A stretch of DNA of 43,907 nt from a virus. Location of the stretch: IMG/VR virus record IMGVR_UViG_3300045988_014027, positions 1 to 43,907 of that record; one strand, 5' to 3'. This document shows positions 35,681-42,804 of this stretch, one piece after another. The notes beneath the pieces were generated by a model. That model was not told the origin of the DNA, did no database searches, and saw nothing but the letters and a program-made list of their open reading frames with translations. A program made the translations under genes and the position numbers. Position 1 is the stretch's first letter, and every line of letters begins with the position of its first letter.

Positions 35681-36151
35681 CTAAGTGTGATTGATATACC
35701 CGCTCACCGCCTTCCCGATATCATGGACAACTTCTTCGATGTCATTACGCATTGCCCAAAACAAGCCCAATCTTGCAGCGGCCCTGACGTCTTGGTGATG
35801 GGATTTGTCGAACTTCCAAAGCCCTAGTTTTTTTAATAAGGCATTTGGTATGTCCGATTGATACCCGGCGTTACGCTGAAGGATAGCATCCGGAAACAAG
35901 ACTTGAAACAATGCGATTGTTTCTAAAACACTGTTATCTTTTGCGATGTCGTTATCACGAGCTTCATATTTTTCGATAACAACGACATCACGCTTTATAA
36001 AACGCCCTTCGGTTTCATACCAGTTCCGGATATCCTTTACGCAATACCCAACCACCCAATGCTTGACCAACCTTGCGTTATCTAACAAGACGATTCCGTT
36101 GGTGCTTGTTTCTGCTTTTGCTGAAGATGGATCAATCGCAAGGATTTTCAT
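35681..36151 (-). CDS. RuvC-like Holliday junction resolvase
   Basis: MKILAIDPS (Asp7), VVIEKYE (Glu) and HHQDVRAAARLG (His/Asp) have the spacing of the RuvC fold. Its ATG overlaps the Gp157 stop. Confidence 0.55.
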   Translation of the reverse strand: MKILAIDPSSAKAETSTNGIVLLDNARLVKHWVVGYCVKDIRNWYETEGRFIKRDVVVIEKYEARDNDIAKDNSVLETIALFQVLFPDAILQRNAGYQSDIPNALLKKLGLWKFDKSHHQDVRAAARLGLFWAMRNDIEEVVHDIGKAVSGYINHT

Positions 36152-36621
36152 CGGATACTTAAATTACTCCTTTCTTCAAGGGCAGCACCCTTAATATGCT
36201 TGCCAGATTTAAGTAACTCTTTGAGTGTTTTTTTGTCCGGTTTGTAAGTCGCTACTTGATATTTTTTAGGTAGTTTTGTTTCGTCAACCACTACTGCTTC
36301 AGAATTTCTAAAACCAACCTTGAACAGTGTGGTGTCTAACTTATCGTGCTGAGTTAAACGCATAGCTTCCGAGATACTACTCTTAATTCTCTCGACTGCT
36401 TTTTCTTCACTTGATTTCAAGGCTTGTAGTCGCTTGATTTCAGTTTTATAACTTTCAATCCTAGCGTCTTTATTTCGGATAACCTTGATACAGTTTTCAA
36501 TTTTTTCTGAGAAATCATGTTCCCAATTAATCGAATCTAGGGTGTCGAGTTTTGTTTCATCATCGACATCCATTTCATCGATTTCTAAGAAGATTCCTGT
36601 CAGTTCATATAGTTTTGCCAT
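36148..36621 (-). CDS. Siphovirus Gp157 family protein
   Basis: 157 aa. N-terminus MAKLYELTGIFLEI and the coiled-coil layout resemble S. thermophilus phage Sfi11 gp157. Confidence 0.7.
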   Translation of the reverse strand: MAKLYELTGIFLEIDEMDVDDETKLDTLDSINWEHDFSEKIENCIKVIRNKDARIESYKTEIKRLQALKSSEEKAVERIKSSISEAMRLTQHDKLDTTLFKVGFRNSEAVVVDETKLPKKYQVATYKPDKKTLKELLKSGKHIKGAALEERSNLSIR

Positions 36622-36663
36622 AGTTTTAATGCCTACCCTCCCACCGCTTCAATTATTTATTAA

Positions 36664-36981
36664 TTATTCAAAAAGTTCCATAAGCTCTTTGATGCCATCA
36701 TCCAAGGATTCTTCACGCTCTGTACGTTCGAAGTACGAACCGTCAAGTTTAGTCACGTTGTATTCGGCTTCTACGATAAGCACTTCGCAGCCAAACGCTT
36801 CAGCAAGCTTGTCAAGCTCGTCTTTTTGGTCTTCATACGACTCAATCGGCATATATAGAGCTTTTCGTAAATGTTTGATGAATCCTGCTTCAAATGCTAG
36901 ACTCCCTCTGTCTTTGTATTTTCCAAGAAATGCATCTTTTTTAGCACTGTAAAATACGACTTGTTTGTTATTTTCTTTCAT
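36664..36981 (-). CDS. Hypothetical acidic protein (105 aa)
   Basis: ORF-track entry. Starts 2 nt after the adhesin stop. Confidence 0.55.
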   Translation of the reverse strand: MKENNKQVVFYSAKKDAFLGKYKDRGSLAFEAGFIKHLRKALYMPIESYEDQKDELDKLAEAFGCEVLIVEAEYNVTKLDGSYFERTEREESLDDGIKELMELFE

Positions 36982-36983
36982 GA

Positions 36984-38705
36984 TTATTCTTCCTCACCTT
37001 CGTTGTACTTCTTGAAACTCAATGTCAAACTTGCGATACCTGCTGCAATTACCACAAGCCCAAGAGTTGACATGATGCCTTCTTTTTCGCCAGTGTTTGG
37101 CAAGGCTGCGCGGTATGGTGTATTTGCCACCTCAGACGGCTCAGAATCGTTTTTATAAACGACCTCGGTAATTTCTACCTCTTTTGTCTTAGGCGCATCT
37201 ACGGGCTTGCTAGGCACCTTTTTAGGCTCTGCTGGTTTTTCTGGTGTTGGTTCCTCTGGGATGTGCAACTCTGGCAAATCGAGGATAGGAGCGTCGTTTG
37301 GAATTACTCCACCTTCAAACTCAGGTTTGTAATGTACTGGAGCTTCATTTGGCACTGCGCCACCACTCCATTCTGGTTTATCGTATACTGGTGCATCGTT
37401 TGGAACAGTTCCAATCGGTTCGGTATACTCCGGCAACTCTCTAACCTCTGGGATGCCGGGGATGCCACCTTGGAATTCTGGGATATCAACTTTTGGGGCT
37501 TCACGAGGAATTTCAAACGTTGGTTCTGGCTTGTTTTCACCGCTTGCGTCACCTCGTCCGCCAACAAGTTGAATCTTCATATATGAAACCGCGCCGTCTG
37601 ATTCAGCTTTCAGTTCAATTTTGTTAGTAGGGTTAGTTGAGTCCTTAACAGCATTTACAAGCTTAGTCTTGTAGTACAAGTAGACCATGCGGTCTAGTCT
37701 ATCCATTTTAATTTCAAATCCATGCTCAGATTTTGAGATAGACTTAACTAAGTCCATAGCTGAGCCTTTGTCAATCCAAGGATCTACACTTTCAATGTTC
37801 TCAATTTCAAAGTAGTTATCAACTAACTTTTGATTTTCTGACATTTCATCAACGATAGTCACATAGTTAAGTACCTTCTTTGCATAGTTAACTCGTGCTG
37901 TCCAATTAATCACAGTAGGGTCTTCTTTGTCTTGGAATCCCCATTTAGAAATCAATTCATCTTTACCGATGACCCCCTCATTACCAACATTGACTGTTAC
38001 TACAGTTCCATTGAAATTGATATTTACTGGCTTACCTGCCACAACTTTATCTGTCCAACTTGCATCTAGTTTTAAGTTCATGATCTTATTCAAAGGGTGT
38101 GATTTGAAATAGTCATTGAATACAGTTGTCACCTTGTTAGTGGTAGCATCCGCTGTAGCTTTCCCAACCACTGCTTTATCTGGATTGTGCACATCAAACT
38201 CGTAAGAGGTTTGGAATTTCACTTCTTCGGGCAGGTCAAAAGTAACCTTGTCGCCCTCATTCACTGGCACATTATCCGGAATTTTAATATCTTTATACTC
38301 AACTTCGAATGGGCTATATTTACCAGTGCCGTTAGGGAAAGTAACTTCCACCTCTGGATTGGTAACAGTGATCGTAGTGTCTTCTTTAGTAACTGTGGTA
38401 GGTGCTGCTGGACTTTCAGCAATCGGTTGAGATTCCACTGGTGCTGGTGGAGTAAATACTGGTGTTTCAGCTACTGGTGCCACTGTTTCACTAGGTGTCA
38501 CCGTAATATTCCCAGCATTATCGGCAGTGTAGACATTAGACACGGCTGGTTGTGCATCTGCCACTGGTTGAGTTGCTTCGTCTGCTGATACTGTGCCAGC
38601 ACCGATAAGCAATGCTGTAGCTAGTGCAAGCGTTCCGCACAAGCCATAGGCTTTGCTTTTTGTGAATCCAGTTTTTGCGATTGTTTGAGTGTTGAAAGAT
38701 TTCAT
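36984..38705 (-). CDS. LPXTG cell-wall-anchored surface adhesin, MSCRAMM / collagen-binding-domain-like
   Basis: ATG at 38705 with AAGGAG RBS. Signal peptide ending ...GAGTVSADE. Cna-like A-region patterns (GDKVTFDLPEEV, TTVFNDYF, INWTARVNY, GGRGDASGE). Pro-rich repeats VPNDAPVYDKPEWSGG, AVPNEAPVHYKPEFEGG, VIPNDAPILDLPE. LPNTG (37089-37103) followed by a hydrophobic segment and a charged tail. Confidence 0.85.
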   Translation of the reverse strand: MKSFNTQTIAKTGFTKSKAYGLCGTLALATALLIGAGTVSADEATQPVADAQPAVSNVYTADNAGNITVTPSETVAPVAETPVFTPPAPVESQPIAESPAAPTTVTKEDTTITVTNPEVEVTFPNGTGKYSPFEVEYKDIKIPDNVPVNEGDKVTFDLPEEVKFQTSYEFDVHNPDKAVVGKATADATTNKVTTVFNDYFKSHPLNKIMNLKLDASWTDKVVAGKPVNINFNGTVVTVNVGNEGVIGKDELISKWGFQDKEDPTVINWTARVNYAKKVLNYVTIVDEMSENQKLVDNYFEIENIESVDPWIDKGSAMDLVKSISKSEHGFEIKMDRLDRMVYLYYKTKLVNAVKDSTNPTNKIELKAESDGAVSYMKIQLVGGRGDASGENKPEPTFEIPREAPKVDIPEFQGGIPGIPEVRELPEYTEPIGTVPNDAPVYDKPEWSGGAVPNEAPVHYKPEFEGGVIPNDAPILDLPELHIPEEPTPEKPAEPKKVPSKPVDAPKTKEVEITEVVYKNDSEPSEVANTPYRAALPNTGEKEGIMSTLGLVVIAAGIASLTLSFKKYNEGEEE

Positions 38706-38920
38706 GGTATAATCTCCTTGTAAATGTTTTTTTCTTGCACAGGCCCTTACCTGTGCTTTTTTTAGTGCTTCAATCCGCACCCATAGCCCACCGTTTCATG
38801 TTTTTCAATATTTTTTAGAAAGGTATGTGTGAATATGTGTGGGTAAAGTTTATATTTTTTGGGGAAAGGTATAAGTTACACTCCACGGTGAGCCGTGGCT
38901 ACGGATTGAAGAATGTGATC

Positions 38921-39076
38921 TTAACGGTTTCCGTATTTTGCTAAAAGCTCTTGTTCACGTTTTTTGCGTGCTTCATATTTGCGTTCATTTTCCTCGTATG
39001 GTGTCCATACTGGTTCGAAGAAATATTCTGGTTCTTGTTTTTCTTTTACAAATAGCCATTTAAGTAGTTTTTTCAT
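38921..39076 (-). CDS. Small hypothetical protein (51 aa)
   Basis: Hand-translated as MKKLLKWLFVKEKQEPEYFFEPVWTPYEENERKYEARKKREQELLAKYGNR. AAAGGAA upstream. Confidence 0.35.
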   Translation of the reverse strand: MKKLLKWLFVKEKQEPEYFFEPVWTPYEENERKYEARKKREQELLAKYGNR

Positions 39077-39245
39077 TTTTAATTTCCTTTCTATTCCCTA
39101 ACCGCACTAGAGAGCTAGCGAGGACCGTGTTTTTAATTTCATATATATTTGAGGAGACAATTATGAATATCAAATCGTTGTAGTTTTCGGTAGGTATTGC
39201 TTTTATATCTCCTCACTAGCTCACTGCTACGGCTAGGGTATTGTG

Positions 39246-39527
39246 CTAGGCAATCTCTTGCCAGTTATTGTTAAACCAATCTCTTACGGCGTCCCGTGGG
39301 TATCTGATTTGACTCCCTCGCCCTTTGTCGATTTTTGGGAAACCGTCAAGGTTGGTTATCCGCAAGAATTCGGTATAGTTGCCGATTCCCAACATTGACT
39401 GGCACTGCTTGGCAGTCAGAATCAGTGGGAGTGTTTGGTCTATGTCAAACGCTTTTGTTTTATCTGCTATAACAGTGGTCAGCATACTGTCAAATCGGTC
39501 AGCTAATGGTTTGAATGGGTCTGTCAT
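39246..39527 (-). CDS. Excisionase-like / MerR-type HTH DNA-binding protein
   Basis: LTAKQCQSMLGIGNYTEFLRI...IRYPRDAVRDWF has the Xis/HTH_17 pattern. Confidence 0.55.
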   Translation of the reverse strand: MTDPFKPLADRFDSMLTTVIADKTKAFDIDQTLPLILTAKQCQSMLGIGNYTEFLRITNLDGFPKIDKGRGSQIRYPRDAVRDWFNNNWQEIA

Positions 39528-39532
39528 AGGCG

Positions 39533-40066
39533 TTACCCTTTTTCAAGAGCGATAAGCTCTTTTTGTTTTGGTGTCTCACGAATTTCAAATTTAGTGAAGT
39601 CGTCGTAAGATAGATTTTCCAAAAACTTAACTGCATTCTCAGCGTCAACGTGCTTGATATTAGTGTATTTAGTCACGTTAAAGGCTTTCTTCAAGCGTGA
39701 GTACATCAAGCGAATAAACTGACCTTTCTTCGAAGCGAACAGATTATCACTAGGATGTGATTTTTGCTCATTGAAGTACATATCTGCGAAAACGCCAGCT
39801 TTTCGGAAAACAATGCTCTTGATTTTCGTAGCTTCACCGTCATCGATATGGACTTTTTTGTTAACTTCTTCGACAAGCAACTCAATGTCAGTGAGCTTTT
39901 GATTTGTCTTCTTAACATTTCTGTCCATTTCTTCCTTGATTCCGATAACTTCTTCCAAAAGCTGTTGGTTGACATTGCTTTGTGCCACAAGGTTCATGGC
40001 TTGTTTTTTCTGCATTTCAACCGTTTCAGCAAGTAGAGTTTCTTTTTTCTTGTTCTTCTTACTCAT
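39533..40066 (-). CDS. ORF6C-domain protein (antirepressor-associated domain)
   Basis: 177 aa. Coiled-coil N-terminus. C-terminal IKSIVFRKAGVFA...LMYSRLKKAFNV resembles ORF6C. Confidence 0.5.
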   Translation of the reverse strand: MSKKNKKKETLLAETVEMQKKQAMNLVAQSNVNQQLLEEVIGIKEEMDRNVKKTNQKLTDIELLVEEVNKKVHIDDGEATKIKSIVFRKAGVFADMYFNEQKSHPSDNLFASKKGQFIRLMYSRLKKAFNVTKYTNIKHVDAENAVKFLENLSYDDFTKFEIRETPKQKELIALEKG

Positions 40067-40958
40067 TGATAATTTCTCCTTCTATGATTGTTCTTCCGTT
40101 CTCTGGGACAATCTTGTTCATTTCGTCTAACCAGTTTTCAGTTAGCGTCAAGATGTCTCTGAGTTTTTCAATCTGGGCGTCTTTGCCAATCCCTTGGACA
40201 AGGGTTTTAAATCTAAGCGGTGCCATTTCTTCATCAAAGAAGTTTTCAAACTTGGTTACGAGCTTACTTAGGTTAAAGATATTAGTAACGCTGTTTTCTA
40301 GTTTTTCTTTATCCGCTCGTAAGTGTTCGATGGATTCTTTCAAGGCTAGGGCTTCCGAGGTTTCTTTCTCGAGCATTTCATAAGACGCTTCTTTAAGTCT
40401 TAGGCTACGTTTGACTGAATCAAGCTCATCCGTTAGGTCTTTGTTCTTGCCTAGTAGTTGCTTGTTAAGGTCTTGCGTGGCTTGGTAATCTTGTGGGATG
40501 ATTTCCTTTTCGATTACTTTCTCGGTTGTCTTGGTTTGTTTGACACGCTCAAGCTCGCCTTTGACCGCTTCAAGTGCTTGGTCTTTGAGTTTTAGACGAC
40601 GCTTCACCTCTTCCAATTCTCTGACCGTTGGTGATTCGCCTTGCTCAATTTTTTCAATTTGCTCTTGCTTTTCTTCCTCTGGAAGTGTAGCAATTAGGTA
40701 GAGGGCTCTATCCCCTAAATGCGACCACGTGGTCGTATTTGGAAGCTCGTTAGCAATCTTCATCATTCTTTGAGCTTCTCGGATATGTATTCCTTGGCGT
40801 TCCACCCAATCAGAAAACTGCCCGTGTGTTAAGTCGTTTTCTTTAACGTGTTTTAACCGTCTTCCGATTTCCCAAATTGATTGTCCAGCAATTTGCTTGT
40901 GGTGTTTTATTTCCAATTCGATTTGAGAAAGGTTATTTGATAATGCTATTTCGTTCAT
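40059..40958 (-). CDS. DUF3102-domain protein
   Basis: The N-terminus IKHHKQIAGQSIWEIGRRLKHVKENDLTHGQFSDWVE is characteristic of DUF3102. Long coiled-coil C-terminus. Confidence 0.65.
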   Translation of the reverse strand: MNEIALSNNLSQIELEIKHHKQIAGQSIWEIGRRLKHVKENDLTHGQFSDWVERQGIHIREAQRMMKIANELPNTTTWSHLGDRALYLIATLPEEEKQEQIEKIEQGESPTVRELEEVKRRLKLKDQALEAVKGELERVKQTKTTEKVIEKEIIPQDYQATQDLNKQLLGKNKDLTDELDSVKRSLRLKEASYEMLEKETSEALALKESIEHLRADKEKLENSVTNIFNLSKLVTKFENFFDEEMAPLRFKTLVQGIGKDAQIEKLRDILTLTENWLDEMNKIVPENGRTIIEGEIINE

Positions 40959-40975
40959 TTTTCCCTTTCTATTTT

Positions 40976-40984
40976 TGATATAAT
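40976..40984 (+). promoter_or_regulatory. Extended -10 promoter (TGaTATAAT) for the plus-strand gene 41010..41336
   Basis: TG at 40976-40977, TATAAT at 40979-40984, GAGG RBS 7 nt before the ATG at 41010. Confidence 0.5.
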
Positions 40985-41009
40985 AGTTTTAAAAAAACGA
41001 GGTTTTAGT

Positions 41010-41336
41010 ATGATTATCATTTCACGAAAAGCTAGAAAATTATTAAAATCATTGCTTGATATTCGAAATTCCCAGGAATCTCCTCGCATTAAACCTGAAC
41101 AGTATGAAAAACTGATAGATGAACAAGGTGAACCGCTCGGCGAATTGATTTACCACAAGTTAGTGGTTCAAGACATCACCCATGACATCGCCGTTACTGA
41201 CGAGGGGATTTATTTTTATCAAGCTTACAAAGAACATAATAGATATCTTTGGTTGACTTCGTTTTGGTTTCCACTAGCCGTTGCTTTCGTGACGACTGCT
41301 ATCACACTAGCTGTCAATTTTTTATTTTTTAAATAA
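41010..41336 (+). CDS. Hypothetical protein with a C-terminal transmembrane anchor, encoded opposite to the early operon
   Basis: 108-aa ORF. C-terminus LWLTSFWFPLAVAFVTTAITLAVNFLFFK. Has its own promoter-like and RBS signals. Confidence 0.65.
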   Translation: MIIISRKARKLLKSLLDIRNSQESPRIKPEQYEKLIDEQGEPLGELIYHKLVVQDITHDIAVTDEGIYFYQAYKEHNRYLWLTSFWFPLAVAFVTTAITLAVNFLFFK

Positions 41337-41456
41337 AATCCAAAAAATCAACGTTCCCAGAAATACCCCTATAAGACTTCCGATAATTGCAAGTGCAACA
41401 TCATATCCGTCTAAGTTTGTCTCAAAGAATTCTTTGAGCTTTTTTAGTGTCTTCAT
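41322..41456 (-). CDS. Small hydrophobic protein (44 aa) downstream of cro
   Basis: Hand-translated as MKTLKKLKEFFETNLDGYDVALAIIGSLIGVFLGTLIFWILFKK. AAGGAG RBS. Its 3' end overlaps the convergent gene by 15 nt. Confidence 0.45.
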   Translation of the reverse strand: MKTLKKLKEFFETNLDGYDVALAIIGSLIGVFLGTLIFWILFKK

Positions 41457-41487
41457 TTTGTTTAAGCTCCTTTTAACTTTTTAAGTT

Positions 41488-41507
41488 ATATACGATTTTT
41501 CGTATAT
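41488..41507. promoter_or_regulatory. Perfect 8-bp inverted repeat ATATACGA-TTTT-TCGTATAT, operator-like
   Basis: Shares TACGATTTT and TTTTCGTA with the two sites in the cro/repressor intergenic region. Confidence 0.45.
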
Positions 41508-41522
41508 CTAGGTTAAAAAAAT

Positions 41523-41726
41523 TTAGGCTTCGACACGTTCGCTGAACAGGTATTCTAATTCGTATTCTGGGAAGAATGCCCGTTTGATGGCTACTGTTTC
41601 ACCAAAACTGAAATCTGTAACACCGTTAATCTTGCTACGAACCGTGCGATAATCAACTTCTAGCAAATCGGCAATGTCTACTAATGTAATGCCTTTGCTC
41701 TTACGAATTTCTTCGATGTTTTTCAT
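41523..41726 (-). CDS. Cro-like XRE-family HTH regulator
   Basis: 67 aa. HTH ITLVDIADLLEVDYRTVRSKING. Divergent from the repressor gene. Strong GGAGG RBS. Confidence 0.8.
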   Translation of the reverse strand: MKNIEEIRKSKGITLVDIADLLEVDYRTVRSKINGVTDFSFGETVAIKRAFFPEYELEYLFSERVEA

Positions 41727-41878
41727 TTGCTTCCTCCTTCCTTAAGCTTGATTTAAGTATATACTAATTTTCGTACACTGTCAACACAAAAGTACGATTT
41801 TTTTTACTTTTTTTATTTACCTATACAATTTTCTGTGCTACTATATATGTAGAAAGAAAAAAATGTGGGGTACAAAAT
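41727..41878. promoter_or_regulatory. Genetic switch region with divergent promoters and TACGA-type operator half-sites
   Basis: Minus strand: TTGACA (41784-41779), 17 nt, TATACT (41761-41756), reading toward cro. Half-sites TTTTCGTAC (41768-41776) and GTACGATTTT (41792-41801). Plus-strand TTTACC-17-TACTAT lies upstream of the repressor gene. Confidence 0.6.
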
Positions 41879-42223
41879 ATGCAAGCTGAAGAAAGAATTA
41901 AGGAACTTATTGTTGCCAAGTATGGTAATGTAAGGGCGTTTGCAACAGAAAGCGGCATCTCTTATACGACTGTCCGTTCTATTTTGGAACGTGGAGTGAT
42001 GAACGCAAAAGCGGAAAATGTTTTTAAAATGTGCCGATTGCTAGGAATATCGCCAGACACGCTAGCTGATTGGAAGTTGGAGGACAGTCCGACTAAAACT
42101 TCGCACGACATAGATGAAGCAATAAAAAATGCCGTCATGTATAACGGCAATACTCTTAGTGAAGAAGATAAACGTACAATCCGTGGGATTGTGGCTGGTT
42201 ATATGAGTAGTAAGGAAAGGTAA
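41879..42223 (+). CDS. CI-like XRE-family repressor (HTH only, no peptidase domain)
   Basis: 114 aa. HTH VRAFATESGISYTTVRSILERG. In the position of a lysogeny repressor. Confidence 0.75.
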   Translation: MQAEERIKELIVAKYGNVRAFATESGISYTTVRSILERGVMNAKAENVFKMCRLLGISPDTLADWKLEDSPTKTSHDIDEAIKNAVMYNGNTLSEEDKRTIRGIVAGYMSSKER

Positions 42224-42232
42224 GGAAATAAT

Positions 42233-42688
42233 ATGAAACTTTTGAAAAAATACAAATGGTACATCTTAACAATTATAGTTTTGTTCTGTCTTGGCTTAAT
42301 GTTTGTGCCACGGTCTGGGAAGGAACCAAAGGAAACAAAACAGTCTAAGACTGTCAAAGTAACAAAACACTCCAAAAAGTCAAGCAAGCATAGTTCTTCT
42401 TCGACTTCAAAAGTTTCTAGTAGTTCGAGTTCAGAGCAACCGCAACAACCACAAGAACAAACGCAAACTGAAGCTTCCCAACCTCAGCAAGAAAAACCTA
42501 TTGACGGTGTAGGCCCTACACAATCACAAGTAGACCAAGCAACTGAACAATACGGCTATACACCAGGATATGGCGGAGTCCCTTCTGATTCTCCCGAAGT
42601 AGCAAGAGAACAAGCAGACCAACAAGCACGTCAAAACTGGCATGACAGTCAAGTTGAGTGGGCTAAACAACAAGGACTTATGGATTAA
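42233..42688 (+). CDS. Signal-anchored, Ser/Gln/Pro-rich extracytoplasmic protein (151 aa); candidate superinfection-exclusion factor
   Basis: N-terminal KKYKWYILTIIVLFCLGLMFV transmembrane segment. Low-complexity SSSSTSKVSSSSSSEQPQQPQEQ linker. Lies between the repressor and int, where TP-J34-type phages carry ltp. Confidence 0.6.
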   Translation: MKLLKKYKWYILTIIVLFCLGLMFVPRSGKEPKETKQSKTVKVTKHSKKSSKHSSSSTSKVSSSSSSEQPQQPQEQTQTEASQPQQEKPIDGVGPTQSQVDQATEQYGYTPGYGGVPSDSPEVAREQADQQARQNWHDSQVEWAKQQGLMD

Positions 42689-42695
42689 AACAAAA

Positions 42696-42719
42696 TAAAA
42701 AAACCAGTCTTTCGACTGG
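42696..42719 (-). terminator. Hairpin with its U-tract on the minus-strand side only
   Basis: ccagtc (42704-42709) pairs with gactgg (42714-42719), preceded on the plus strand by A8. On the minus strand this reads as hairpin plus U8. Confidence 0.5.
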
Positions 42720-42804
42720 CCAAACTATATCAAGGGAGTGTGTGAGATAAATAGTAAAACCCTCACCACCACCCTTTTATTATACCACAAAAGAGGACTA
42801 AACA

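Noticed and set aside
35306-35827. 173-aa plus-strand ORF, and similar antisense ORFs at 28269..28748, 33206..33643, 36485..36952, 39982..40383 and 38187..38588
   Set aside because: Each is antisense to well-supported minus-strand genes with recognisable motifs. None has an RBS, and the translations are low-complexity.
37548-37556. RGD tripeptide in the adhesin as an integrin-binding motif
   Set aside because: A tripeptide occurs by chance too often to support a functional claim from sequence alone. It is mentioned under the adhesin finding but not called as a feature.
39151-39183. Plus-strand 6-codon mini-ORF (MNIKSL) with a perfect GAGGAG RBS
   Set aside because: It is too short to call as a gene, and no plus-strand promoter is evident. 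It is noted only as part of the structured region.
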